DNA from: Thermoplasmata archaeon
Lineage (GTDB): Archaea > Thermoplasmatota > Thermoplasmata > Thermoplasmatales > GCA-001856825
Direction of reading: 5' to 3'
Length of the DNA: 64,000 bases
Assembly: GCA_023256475.1 (NCBI GenBank)
Contig: JAGDXP010000022.1
Location: 9,929-73,928, forward strand
This document shows positions 55,627 through 64,000 of the stretch, one piece after another (within the stretch, counting starts at the first letter, position 1; every line of letters begins with the position of its first letter). Below the pieces are notes generated by a model that made no database searches, was not told the origin of the DNA, and saw only the letters and a program-made list of their open reading frames with translations. Position numbers and translations under genes: made by a program.

Positions 55627-57399
55627 TTATCCGGGGTTATCCTGAACTATCTTTTTCTTCTGAGAATGGTACATCTCCAGAATCTCGTCTTCTGTAGTGG
55701 CGTCTTCGGGTGATTTATCCTCTCTCCACCTACCAGTGAAACGTGGGAATCTTATGGCCAGACCGGATCCTTCTTTTATCAGGCCATAGCAGCAGGTGTG
55801 AATGGGGGATAAAGTGATTTCAGCGCCTTTAACTTCCAAAACGAAATGTGGTTCTATCCAGAAATCCGGTGTCATTTGACTTTCAACTCTTGGGTCTTTG
55901 CTTTTAAGTATGTATTTCTGGAAAAGGCGGGGGAGGTTATCCAGCTGGTCATCAGTGAAACCAGAACCGAGCTTGCATACAGTCTTGAATGTTCCATCCT
56001 GTTTTGAATAGACAGCCATTAGAAGAGCACCGTATGATCCTGCCCTACGACCTTGCCCGCTGAATGCTCCTACTACAACAAGATCCACGGTATCTTGCAT
56101 TTCCAGCTGATAATCTCTCTTATACTTTATCCAGAGGTATTCCCTTGCACCTGCTCTGTAAATTGAATTCTCATTGATATTCTTCGCAACTATACCTTCA
56201 CATCCTGCCTCAAGAGCCTCATTGAAGAATCTCTCCGCTTCATCAGTCCGGGAAACTATGAGGTTCTTTGCAAGTCTTATTCTTAAGGAACCTTCTTTTA
56301 TGGTAGTTTTCAGTTCAACCTTCCTATCGGGATAAGGCTTCATGGTCAGGTCATTATTGTTTTTATAAATTATATCGAAGAAGAATACAACTACGGGGAT
56401 CCGTTCAGCCATTTCATAAACATCGTACTTTCTACCTCTCCTCTGAGAAACAGCCTGGAAAGGTAGCATCTCACCAGTATCAAGGTTATATGGAACAGCC
56501 TCCCCGTCCAGGATTGCAGTTTCAGCTTTGACAAAGTCCTTGACTTCTCTGACAATCTCAGGGAATTGTTCTGTGACATCCTCTAGCCTCCTTGAAAACA
56601 ATTTTACCTTATCACCAATTTTATGAGCTTGAAGTCTCAAACCGTCATATTTATACTCCATGGAACAGACTCCACCCATTTTTTGCAGTATCTCCTCTAG
56701 GGAGGGAAGCCTCTCCGCAAGCATGGATCTAACGGGTATTCCCGGGGTTATCTTTATGCTTTTGACTCCGTCTATACCCCTAGTGAAGGCAATAAATGCA
56801 ATCTCCGCTAGGTCAGGATGAATATTGTACGCCCTCTCGACAATATCGGCATCTTCCTTCCTTCCAAATGCAATAGCTATGGCATCCACTATGGTCATGT
56901 CTGCAAGTCCAATTCTCAATCTTTCCAGAACGATTCTCACTATGTATTTGGCTTCAAGTGGATCCGCATTCTGCAAAAGATCTTGGAGAAGCTGCTGCTT
57001 CCGCATCTGTGAACCTGATCCAGATTTGTTGGCCAATTCCAGGAGATTGTTATAAACTTTAGTTATGGTCAATTGCTCGCTGAAAAGAGAAATTTGCTTC
57101 TTTTCTTTGAGCAAGTCCTCAGCTATCTGACCCAGGTCTCCTATTTTGATCAATAATTGTTCTATGAAATCCTCCTTTTTTCCAGTTATAACTGAGAGCA
57201 CCTTGATTACCTGCTTTTCTGCAATTCCCAGCTCAATTCCCTCATAATCAGGTGCGACTTTTCCTTGCAATAGATAAACGGTGTATTTTATTTCATCACC
57301 AACTATCTTGAAAAAACTGGAAATAAGATCAACGATTTCAAGTCTCTTAGTAGTAGACTCAATTTGTGATAGAATTTCTGCAAGTTTCCTAAATTCCAT
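55627..57399 (-). CDS. lig: ATP-dependent DNA ligase
   Basis: Adenylation motif EYKYDGLR, with LDGEAV, EGIVAK and LWIKYKRDY. Confidence 0.9.
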   Translation of the reverse strand: MEFRKLAEILSQIESTTKRLEIVDLISSFFKIVGDEIKYTVYLLQGKVAPDYEGIELGIAEKQVIKVLSVITGKKEDFIEQLLIKIGDLGQIAEDLLKEKKQISLFSEQLTITKVYNNLLELANKSGSGSQMRKQQLLQDLLQNADPLEAKYIVRIVLERLRIGLADMTIVDAIAIAFGRKEDADIVERAYNIHPDLAEIAFIAFTRGIDGVKSIKITPGIPVRSMLAERLPSLEEILQKMGGVCSMEYKYDGLRLQAHKIGDKVKLFSRRLEDVTEQFPEIVREVKDFVKAETAILDGEAVPYNLDTGEMLPFQAVSQRRGRKYDVYEMAERIPVVVFFFDIIYKNNNDLTMKPYPDRKVELKTTIKEGSLRIRLAKNLIVSRTDEAERFFNEALEAGCEGIVAKNINENSIYRAGAREYLWIKYKRDYQLEMQDTVDLVVVGAFSGQGRRAGSYGALLMAVYSKQDGTFKTVCKLGSGFTDDQLDNLPRLFQKYILKSKDPRVESQMTPDFWIEPHFVLEVKGAEITLSPIHTCCYGLIKEGSGLAIRFPRFTGRWREDKSPEDATTEDEILEMYHSQKKKIVQDNPG

Positions 57400-57529
57400 G
57401 AAATAATATCTAAAACTACAATTTTCATTTTTCCATTACCAAATGTTTTATTGAATAAGGTAATAGGGAATTGATGTCCCTAAATAAGGACCTCAATTTC
57501 AATTTGATTTTTTCCACGGAGGCGGAAAT

Positions 57530-58690
57530 ATGAATGATGTTTATATTGTAGGAGGAAAGAGAACCCCTATCGGGAAATACGGAAAATCTCTAAGACCCTA
57601 TAGTGCGGTTGATTTAGGAAAGATAGCAATTGAAGCTGCTGTAAAGGATTCAGGCATAACTCCCGATAAAGTTGAAGAGGTAGTGATGGGTAATGTGATA
57701 TGCGCGGGCCTGGGCCAGGATCCAGGGAGGCAGGCAGCAATACTTGCCGGAATTCCAGTGGAATCATCTGGCTCCACGGTGAATATGGTTTGTGCCTCCG
57801 GTATGTTGGCTGTAGCTAACGCTTACAGATCAATAAAACTTGGGGAAAGGGATATCATGGTTGCTGGCGGAATGGAGAGTATGAGCAATTCTCCATTTCT
57901 CCTTGATTCCAGCTTCAGATGGGGTGATAAGAGATTATTGCCCTCAAGACCTGTACTGGATGCCATGATATCAGATGGGCTCTGGGATTTTAAATATAAT
58001 AAACACATGGGAATGATCGCCGATGAGTGGGCTAGGAAGCACAATATAACAAGGGAAATGGCAGATGAATATTCTTATGAAAGTTATAGAAGAGCTTTGG
58101 ATGCAACAAAGAAGGGTTTATTTAAAAAAGAGATTGTTCCGGTGGGAACATTGGATTATGACGAAGGTATAAGGGAGACATCAAAGGAAGCTCTGGCAAA
58201 ATTAGAACCTGCATTTTATAAGGATGGAATTTTAACTGCAGGTAATTCCTCTCAGCTTTCAGATGGAGCAGCCGCGCTGGTACTCGCTAGCGAAGATGCC
58301 GTGAGAAAATTTAATTTAGAAAAAAGGGCTAAGATTATTGGGGTAGATACAACAAGCATGGATCCATTCGACTTTCCTTATTCACCAGTACCATCTTCGA
58401 AGAGGCTAATGCAAAAATTAGGTCTAACCATTAAGGATTTCGATCTTGTAGAACACAATGAGGCGTTCTCTATAGCCTCTATTGCAGTGAGGGATGCACT
58501 TAATGTGGAATGGGAGAAATTCAATGTAAGAGGTGGCGCAGTGGCCATGGGCCATCCATTGGGTGCATCTGGTGCAAGAATTACTCTCACGCTCCTCCGG
58601 GCTCTAGAGGATAATGGCGGTAGGTTGGGATTGGCAACCATATGCCATGGAACCGGAGGTGCTTATTCGTTAGCATTGGAGGTGTTGTAA
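57530..58690 (+). CDS. acetyl-CoA C-acetyltransferase (thiolase II type)
   Basis: Active-site contexts VCASGM, NEAFS, GHPLGASG and CHGTGG. Confidence 0.9.
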   Translation: MNDVYIVGGKRTPIGKYGKSLRPYSAVDLGKIAIEAAVKDSGITPDKVEEVVMGNVICAGLGQDPGRQAAILAGIPVESSGSTVNMVCASGMLAVANAYRSIKLGERDIMVAGGMESMSNSPFLLDSSFRWGDKRLLPSRPVLDAMISDGLWDFKYNKHMGMIADEWARKHNITREMADEYSYESYRRALDATKKGLFKKEIVPVGTLDYDEGIRETSKEALAKLEPAFYKDGILTAGNSSQLSDGAAALVLASEDAVRKFNLEKRAKIIGVDTTSMDPFDFPYSPVPSSKRLMQKLGLTIKDFDLVEHNEAFSIASIAVRDALNVEWEKFNVRGGAVAMGHPLGASGARITLTLLRALEDNGGRLGLATICHGTGGAYSLALEVL

Positions 58691-59527
58691 ATGAAAATAG
58701 GAGTTATAGGTATGGGAATTATGGGTAGCGGCATTGCAGAGGTAACGGCCATAGCCAAGCACGAGGTATATGCAACGGAAGTTAACCAGCAACTTTACCA
58801 GAAGGGAATTGACTCTATCTCTAAGAGTTTAGATAAGCTAATTGAAAAAAAGGTGGTCAAAGAGGAAAAGGGGGCTATACTTTCTAGGATAAAGTATGTA
58901 GATGATTACTCAAAGTTCGGTGAATGCGATATAATAATTGAGGCAATAGTGGAGAATCTTAATGCCAAGAAAGAACTCTACAAAAAGCTTGAACCGCACC
59001 TGAAAAGAGATGCCATTTTAGGATCCAACACATCATCTATAAGCATTACCAGCCTTGCTTCTGGTCTTAAGAACCCTGAAAAATTTCTGGGCATACATTT
59101 TTTCAATCCCGTACCATTGATGAACTTGGTGGAAATAATAAAGGGAATCAGGACAGAACAGTATGCTGTGGATAAAACCATTGAGTATGTTAAATCCATA
59201 AATAAGGAGTTCGTGGTAGTTAATGATTCACCGGGCTTTGTTACGACTAGAATCATCGTAACCATGGTTAATGAGGGTGCATTCATTTTACAGGAGGGAC
59301 TGGCATCCAAGGAGGATATTGACAAAGCTTTGAAACTTGGAGGAAACTTCCCCATGGGACCATTGACACTGGGCGACCTCATTGGTTTAGATACCGTGTT
59401 GAATATCATGGACACTCTATATGAAAGCTTCAAAGATCCCAAGTATAGGGCCGCGCCAATATTAAGAAAAATGGTTGAAGCTGGAAAATTGGGTAAAAAA
59501 AGTGGGGAGGGATTTTACAAATATTGA
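58691..59527 (+). CDS. hbd: 3-hydroxyacyl/3-hydroxybutyryl-CoA dehydrogenase
   Basis: Motifs GVIGMGIMGSGIA, SNTSS, HFFNP and GFVTTR. The start follows the thiolase stop directly. Confidence 0.9.
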   Translation: MKIGVIGMGIMGSGIAEVTAIAKHEVYATEVNQQLYQKGIDSISKSLDKLIEKKVVKEEKGAILSRIKYVDDYSKFGECDIIIEAIVENLNAKKELYKKLEPHLKRDAILGSNTSSISITSLASGLKNPEKFLGIHFFNPVPLMNLVEIIKGIRTEQYAVDKTIEYVKSINKEFVVVNDSPGFVTTRIIVTMVNEGAFILQEGLASKEDIDKALKLGGNFPMGPLTLGDLIGLDTVLNIMDTLYESFKDPKYRAAPILRKMVEAGKLGKKSGEGFYKY

Positions 59528-59974
59528 TCACTCATCTGGCTCAGCCCAGATGTCTGAGGCTCTCCATTCCAGCTCCCTAGCAATCCTTAATTTAATTTTC
59601 ATCCCTATTTTCAATTTTTCAGGTTCCTTGGTCTTGATCCTAGTTAATAAAAGGGTATCTACACCCTCAAGTTCCACATATGCAAGATAGAACGGCACGT
59701 CCTTGAGAAACTTTTCACCGGCGAAGTACATGGTAGAAAATGTGTGAATCCTGCCTTTTCCAGAAATTTCAACCCACTTGGTTTCCCTTAAGCAATAAGG
59801 ACAATCTGCCCTTGGTGGCATGAAGGTTTTGTTGCAGTGTTCACACCTTGTTGCCATTATTTTTCCCTTTGAAAGATTTTCGAAGAATGGGCTCGTTTTC
59901 CCGTAGGAATGTCTGTATTCTATGAAGTATTCATTCTTTATTATTAACGGATCTATCCCGAAAACTTCTGTCAT
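59528..59974 (-). CDS. DUF35 zinc-ribbon/OB-fold protein (thiolase partner)
   Basis: Four-Cys ribbon CEHC...CPYC followed by an OB-fold-sized C-terminus. It lies immediately downstream of the thiolase-like gene. Confidence 0.8.
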   Translation of the reverse strand: MTEVFGIDPLIIKNEYFIEYRHSYGKTSPFFENLSKGKIMATRCEHCNKTFMPPRADCPYCLRETKWVEISGKGRIHTFSTMYFAGEKFLKDVPFYLAYVELEGVDTLLLTRIKTKEPEKLKIGMKIKLRIARELEWRASDIWAEPDE

Positions 59975-59978
59975 TTTT

Positions 59979-61280
59979 TCACCTCCTCAAAACACTTACT
60001 GTTACATAAGTACCCGTTCCCGCGTGAGAATGAATTAGTCCTGTTTCAGCGCCTCTAACCTGAGTCTTGTCAGAGCCATGGAACTTTCCAGCGATACCCT
60101 GCAGCTGCCAGAAAACTTCCACAGCCTGCATTATGCCGGTAGCTCCCACCGCATGCATATTTCCTATTAAACCACCTGATGGATTCACTGCGACTTCCCC
60201 GTCCACAAGAGTTTGACCTTCCTGTATCAGCTTTCCTCCTTCCCCGTATCTGGCGAGACCCAAATCCTCATATGTTTGTATCTCCGATGATGTGTAGGCA
60301 TCATGGAGCTCTATGACATCCAGTTGTTTAAGGGGATTGTCTATACCAGCCATCTTATATGCCTGCCTTGCAGCCTCTCTTCCAGCTCGGAATGAATGGA
60401 CACCGGGATATTCCAGATTTTTATACCATTCCGGTTTTTCGTGTGGTAATAGTGGTAAGCTTTTATTATCTCTGGGTCTGTCTCCCGCCCTCATTGCGTC
60501 AGAGCCTGCCCCAGTACCGGTTATCCATACAGGCGTATCGGTTATCTTTTTTGCCTTCTCCTCCGAGGCTAGGATCGCTACAGCAGCCCCATCAGACATA
60601 AGACATATATCAAGACGTTTAAGTGGATAAGCAACATATGGAGATTTTAGGACATCCTCGACCTTTATAAATCCCCCATCCCTCATGCCATATGGATTCA
60701 TTTTGGGGTTTGTCTGTGCAAATTTGTTATATTGAGCGTTATTTCTATTCTTTACTGCTACCATTGCCATTTGTTCCTCTGTTGTTCCAAATTCTTCCAT
60801 ATGCCTCCTCGCCATGAGCGCATAATATCCACTGTAGTATCCTCCAATGGGGAAATCCCAATCTGTATCAGAAGCAAGAGCTATGAATTCATTACCCTTG
60901 GCTGTGTTAACCTCTGACATCTTTTCAAAGCCTATAACCGCTACAACGTCCAGTAGTCCTGAAGCTACCTGAGCATAACCCTCTCTTATCGCTAATCCGC
61001 CTGTTGCTCCTCCCCCTTCAATCCTTACATTGCTTTTGGGATTAAGACCCAGATAATCTTGTATTATGGCCCCAAATTTTAATTGGTTTTCAAAATGGTC
61101 TGAGAAGTATCCGATAACAGAACCCTCTATGTCATCCTTGCTCATGTTAATATCATTTTCGTACAGAGCCATTCTCATGGCCTCTGCGGCTAATTCCTCC
61201 TGCGTCTTATCCTTTCTAGCCTTTGAAAAATAGGTTACCCCTCCTGCTACAATAGCAACCTTCCTGGTCAAAATATTCAC
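59979..61280 (-). CDS. thiolase-superfamily protein (archaeal SCP-x-type acetyl-CoA acetyltransferase-like)
   Basis: 433 aa. Motifs MSDGAAVAILASE, ELHDAYT and PSGGLIGNMHAVGATG. GTG start. Confidence 0.8.
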   Translation of the reverse strand: MNILTRKVAIVAGGVTYFSKARKDKTQEELAAEAMRMALYENDINMSKDDIEGSVIGYFSDHFENQLKFGAIIQDYLGLNPKSNVRIEGGGATGGLAIREGYAQVASGLLDVVAVIGFEKMSEVNTAKGNEFIALASDTDWDFPIGGYYSGYYALMARRHMEEFGTTEEQMAMVAVKNRNNAQYNKFAQTNPKMNPYGMRDGGFIKVEDVLKSPYVAYPLKRLDICLMSDGAAVAILASEEKAKKITDTPVWITGTGAGSDAMRAGDRPRDNKSLPLLPHEKPEWYKNLEYPGVHSFRAGREAARQAYKMAGIDNPLKQLDVIELHDAYTSSEIQTYEDLGLARYGEGGKLIQEGQTLVDGEVAVNPSGGLIGNMHAVGATGIMQAVEVFWQLQGIAGKFHGSDKTQVRGAETGLIHSHAGTGTYVTVSVLRR

Positions 61281-61787
61281 CCGTAAACTAAACTGTTTAA
61301 TCGTTTATAAAATTTTGGAATATTTGGCTAATTGATAGAATATTTTCAGCGAATGTGGATGATATCTAGAAATTTTTGAAATAATGATAATTTAATCCTA
61401 AGAGAAATCCATGATAATACTTATGCTGAGCATCCAAATATAATAACTATTCATCAAATCCTTGATCACCATTTCGAATTGAGGAAATAATTTGCCATTT
61501 CAACCACAAAAACAATCGAATAGAGGACGATACACAAAGCCTGTCCATCTAAAGATAGTATCAAAGATTCTCTGATGATGTCGTATTCGGTTGTAAAATA
61601 ATTATAATTCCGCTGATATTCAAATATATTAATTAACTTATCAGTGAAGCCATTAAACCAAATAAATCGTCAGCTTCAATTTAAAAGAGTGGTTTGGATT
61701 TCTATAAAGAGGTATACATGATAATTAAAGAGAGAATTAATTTTCTCTAGAGCTAATAAAGGTTAGGAAAATTTAGAATTCGAATAT

Positions 61788-62645
61788 TTATGGTTTTAAT
61801 TGCTGGCCGCATTTCTGGCAAAATCTTGCGTCTATTGGATTGGCTGCCCCACATGTAGGGCATATGGAAATGTTATTTTGGTTAGGTGTTGATGTCCTGG
61901 CAAGATTATTTTGATTGTTTATGTTGTTATCCTCTTGAGATTGTGAACTACGTGTTTCCGTCGGATAAAAATAATTCTGATAGCCGGGCGAAGGAATGGG
62001 TGGTTGAAGCATTTTTCTCGAATTAGCGTATGCAACTGCCATCACGATACCCCAGAGGAAGTAAAATGCACTTCCACCATAGTATATGTAATTTGATATG
62101 GTAGTGAATTGACCCACATTATTAAGTGTTACACTCTGATAATAAAGTTGATTTAATTGGTTCATTTGAAAGTAGAAGTCTACTAATACTATTATAACTG
62201 TCAAGAAATAGAAAATCCAGAGAAACGCCTTGTTAATGTTTTTCATGAAGGGATAGGCAATTATGGTTAATGATCCAGCTAGGAGTACATAGGCGATTGC
62301 AACGAAGAAAATGAATGGATCAATCGCCTTAATTATCTCAGAATAGTTTGCGGATGTAGCGCCGTATAGAGAAGACATGAGCGTCATTACATCTGCCAAG
62401 CCATACAGTTCAAGTATCGACATAACTATGATCAATAAGATGGCAATGGCGTAGTTCCTGCGATATCTTTTTCCGAGCACCTTGGAACCGAGAAATGCAA
62501 ATATTATGCCTATCAATATCAGGATTGATAGGTAAGCCCCTAATCCGGGAACAACTGCTATAAATAATCCAACGACAATCATTAATAATCCTGTTTTGAG
62601 GATATGGCTTGGGTCTCTACCACCTTGGTGTTTTGGATAGTTCAT
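61788..62645 (-). CDS. membrane protein with C-terminal zinc ribbon
   Basis: About 7 TM helices, then an Asn/Gln-rich linker, then CPTCG...CQKCG. ATG 62645 lies 1 nt after the upstream stop (TGAcATG); the track ORF starts at 62687. Confidence 0.65.
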   Translation of the reverse strand: MNYPKHQGGRDPSHILKTGLLMIVVGLFIAVVPGLGAYLSILILIGIIFAFLGSKVLGKRYRRNYAIAILLIIVMSILELYGLADVMTLMSSLYGATSANYSEIIKAIDPFIFFVAIAYVLLAGSLTIIAYPFMKNINKAFLWIFYFLTVIIVLVDFYFQMNQLNQLYYQSVTLNNVGQFTTISNYIYYGGSAFYFLWGIVMAVAYANSRKMLQPPIPSPGYQNYFYPTETRSSQSQEDNNINNQNNLARTSTPNQNNISICPTCGAANPIDARFCQKCGQQLKP

Positions 62646-62646
62646 G

Positions 62647-64000
62647 TCATTCACCTTTACCACCCCTGTATATCCTCTGGATAACAAATGCTAGGGCTAT
62701 CAGAATAATTAAAGAGGTAAATACCATGATCAACGGAGAATAATAAATCGAAATGTTGGCAGGCGAAATGAACTGATAGTCTACATAAATGGTTTTGTTA
62801 GAATTGTCCACCAAAACGGTTATATTGGATGAATACGGTTTATATCCGGTTAAGCTGTAGACATGTATTAAATACTTACCATCTGGAACAAGTATGGAGA
62901 TAGTCTGACTAGATGAGGAATATTGGGATCCATTTATGGATATTGTCCATGTGTAGCCGGTTGGAAGTCCTCTCTCAATGATCTTCAGGTTATAGGGTCT
63001 CAATTCGAAATTAACAGTCACGTTAACGTTACTTCCTGAAATCACGAAATTACCTTTGCTTGGTATTGTTATGTAGCGTGCCATGGTTCCTATGGAATAA
63101 TTATATGTGCCATTTGATAATTCAAAAGCAATGTTCCCTGTTCCGGATGAACTCTTGTTCTGATTTCCTATTATCACCCACCAAATGGTATTCGAGGGGA
63201 TATTCAGAGGAATGAAATTTGCAATGTACGTATTGGATGGTTTGAAATAAACACTGACTTGAACTGGAGAGCCACTGACAGTTAAGTATCCGGAACCCGG
63301 ACTAGGACTGAGTTTGCTAGCCGAAGATATAAAATACTTGTATGTACCGTTGTACTCATTAAAAGTTATATTATTCGCAGTACTGTTCAATGTTGTGTTC
63401 CCCAGGGTTACGGTCCAGCTTGTTCCGGTTGGCAATCCAAATTCATTGAATGTTACTGAGTACTTCTGGGGTATATAAAATTGTGCTGGGGGGATAACAT
63501 ATACCTCCAATATCACTGCACATCCATTTGGATTTCCGCCAGTTGATGTCGAATCTAGGTTTATGGAATATTTTCCAGCAGATAGAATTGAATACGCTTG
63601 AATAATGGAATCAACATAGCTAAGCTGATCCAGTACTTTAATGGAAAAATTCCCAGATAAAGTAGGATTATTATCGGACGATGCTGCTCCTATTATAACC
63701 ACCAGTGAATTAGAACTATTAACTTCAAAAGATCCGTTAACAAACGATGCCCCATAACTTGAGTTTGAAAAAGCAAACTCGTTAAAGATTATTTTACTAT
63801 TTACCCCACTGGTGCTTCCTACTGAAATTCCTGCAATGGAATAGTAGGCCGCATTGTTTGGATTATACTCTCCCAGGTCATTTGATGAATAGCCTGTGGC
63901 AACAGAGGTTGCGCCGTTACCATTAATAGCATAATTTACTACATTGAAATTTTCATTTGTTACAGAAACCCCTCCTCCCGTGGCACCTGTATAGAAGTAA
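62647..64000 (-). CDS. large surface (glyco)protein, 5'-truncated by the window edge, with three tandem beta-rich repeats and a C-terminal TM anchor
   Basis: My hand translation shows the frame of track ORF 62647-63702 stays open upstream to position 64000 (..YFYTGATGGGVSVTNENFNVV..). There are many N-x-S/T sequons. The C-terminal hydrophobic helix is followed by RIYRGGKGE. Confidence 0.7.
   Translation of the reverse strand, partial: YFYTGATGGGVSVTNENFNVVNYAINGNGATSVATGYSSNDLGEYNPNNAAYYSIAGISVGSTSGVNSKIIFNEFAFSNSSYGASFVNGSFEVNSSNSLVVIIGAASSDNNPTLSGNFSIKVLDQLSYVDSIIQAYSILSAGKYSINLDSTSTGGNPNGCAVILEVYVIPPAQFYIPQKYSVTFNEFGLPTGTSWTVTLGNTTLNSTANNITFNEYNGTYKYFISSASKLSPSPGSGYLTVSGSPVQVSVYFKPSNTYIANFIPLNIPSNTIWWVIIGNQNKSSSGTGNIAFELSNGTYNYSIGTMARYITIPSKGNFVISGSNVNVTVNFELRPYNLKIIERGLPTGYTWTISINGSQYSSSSQTISILVPDGKYLIHVYSLTGYKPYSSNITVLVDNSNKTIYVDYQFISPANISIYYSPLIMVFTSLIILIALAFVIQRIYRGGKGE
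62773..63462 (-). repeat. three tandem ~77-aa protein repeats inside the surface-protein gene
   Basis: Each unit starts Y-x-[VL]-x-F/I-x-E/R-x-GLPTG-x-x-W-x-[VI]. The three are YSVTFNEFGLPTGTSWTVTL, YIANFIPLNIPSNTIWWVII and YNLKIIERGLPTGYTWTISI. Each contains NGTY/DGKY. They are diverged at the DNA level. Confidence 0.6.

Noticed and set aside
61572-61616. Box C/D sRNA-like arrangement (cTGATGA ... CTGA)
   Set aside because: It spans only about 44 nt from the C to the D box. It has no recognisable D'/C' boxes and no complementary terminal stem. Such short motifs are expected by chance.
1-64000. CRISPR arrays, IS elements or transposases, integrases, toxin-antitoxin pairs, restriction-modification or other defence systems, and rRNA genes
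   Set aside because: I saw no direct-repeat/spacer array, no transposase-like, integrase-like or nuclease/helicase-rich hypothetical cluster, and no GC-rich structured-RNA islands other than the single tRNA. The only RHH protein is followed by a 463-aa enzyme, not a toxin-sized gene.

Overview
Visibly AT-rich, very gene-dense archaeal chromosome segment. Many neighbouring genes share 4-26 nt start/stop overlaps. Archaeal hallmarks are Alba, primase PriS, ribosomal protein eS17, archaeosine tRNA-guanine transglycosylase, RtcB, prefoldin beta, an ATP-dependent DNA ligase, TATA boxes about 23-27 nt upstream of starts, and a SoxC-like cytochrome b with a Rieske protein. I infer a Thermoplasmata-like acidophile, but this is not proven. 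I call about 63 CDS and one tRNA-Val(CAC). I saw no rRNA, CRISPR array, transposase, integrase or recognisable defence genes.

The dominant feature is an ~18 kb tungsten/molybdenum pterin island (10.2-28.0 kb). It holds moaB, two moeA paralogues (one fused to a PBP-like domain), wtpABC, an orphan diglycine beta-grasp protein and two divergent aldehyde:ferredoxin oxidoreductases. It continues with the operon moaA-moaD-moeB-mobA-fdhA plus HydB-like and HydG-like subunits, and ends with moaE.

The remainder is mostly housekeeping: purSLQ, pyrD/pyrK, thiolases and hbd, Sua5 and cysC.

I found no clear-cut novel system. The items most worth a second look:
- a formate dehydrogenase wired to a sulfhydrogenase-type beta/gamma pair
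- an MFS transporter fused to a DUF47/PhoU-like domain
- a bacterial-type QueA in an archaeal context
- an RHH / NPP-family enzyme / APS-kinase module
- a NapH/NosR-like membrane Fe-S protein with a large unassigned domain
- a repeat-containing glycoprotein-like surface protein
- several unexplained 0.4-0.5 kb non-coding gaps in otherwise tightly packed DNA

All calls come from reading the translated ORFs and the DNA by eye. No database search was run.
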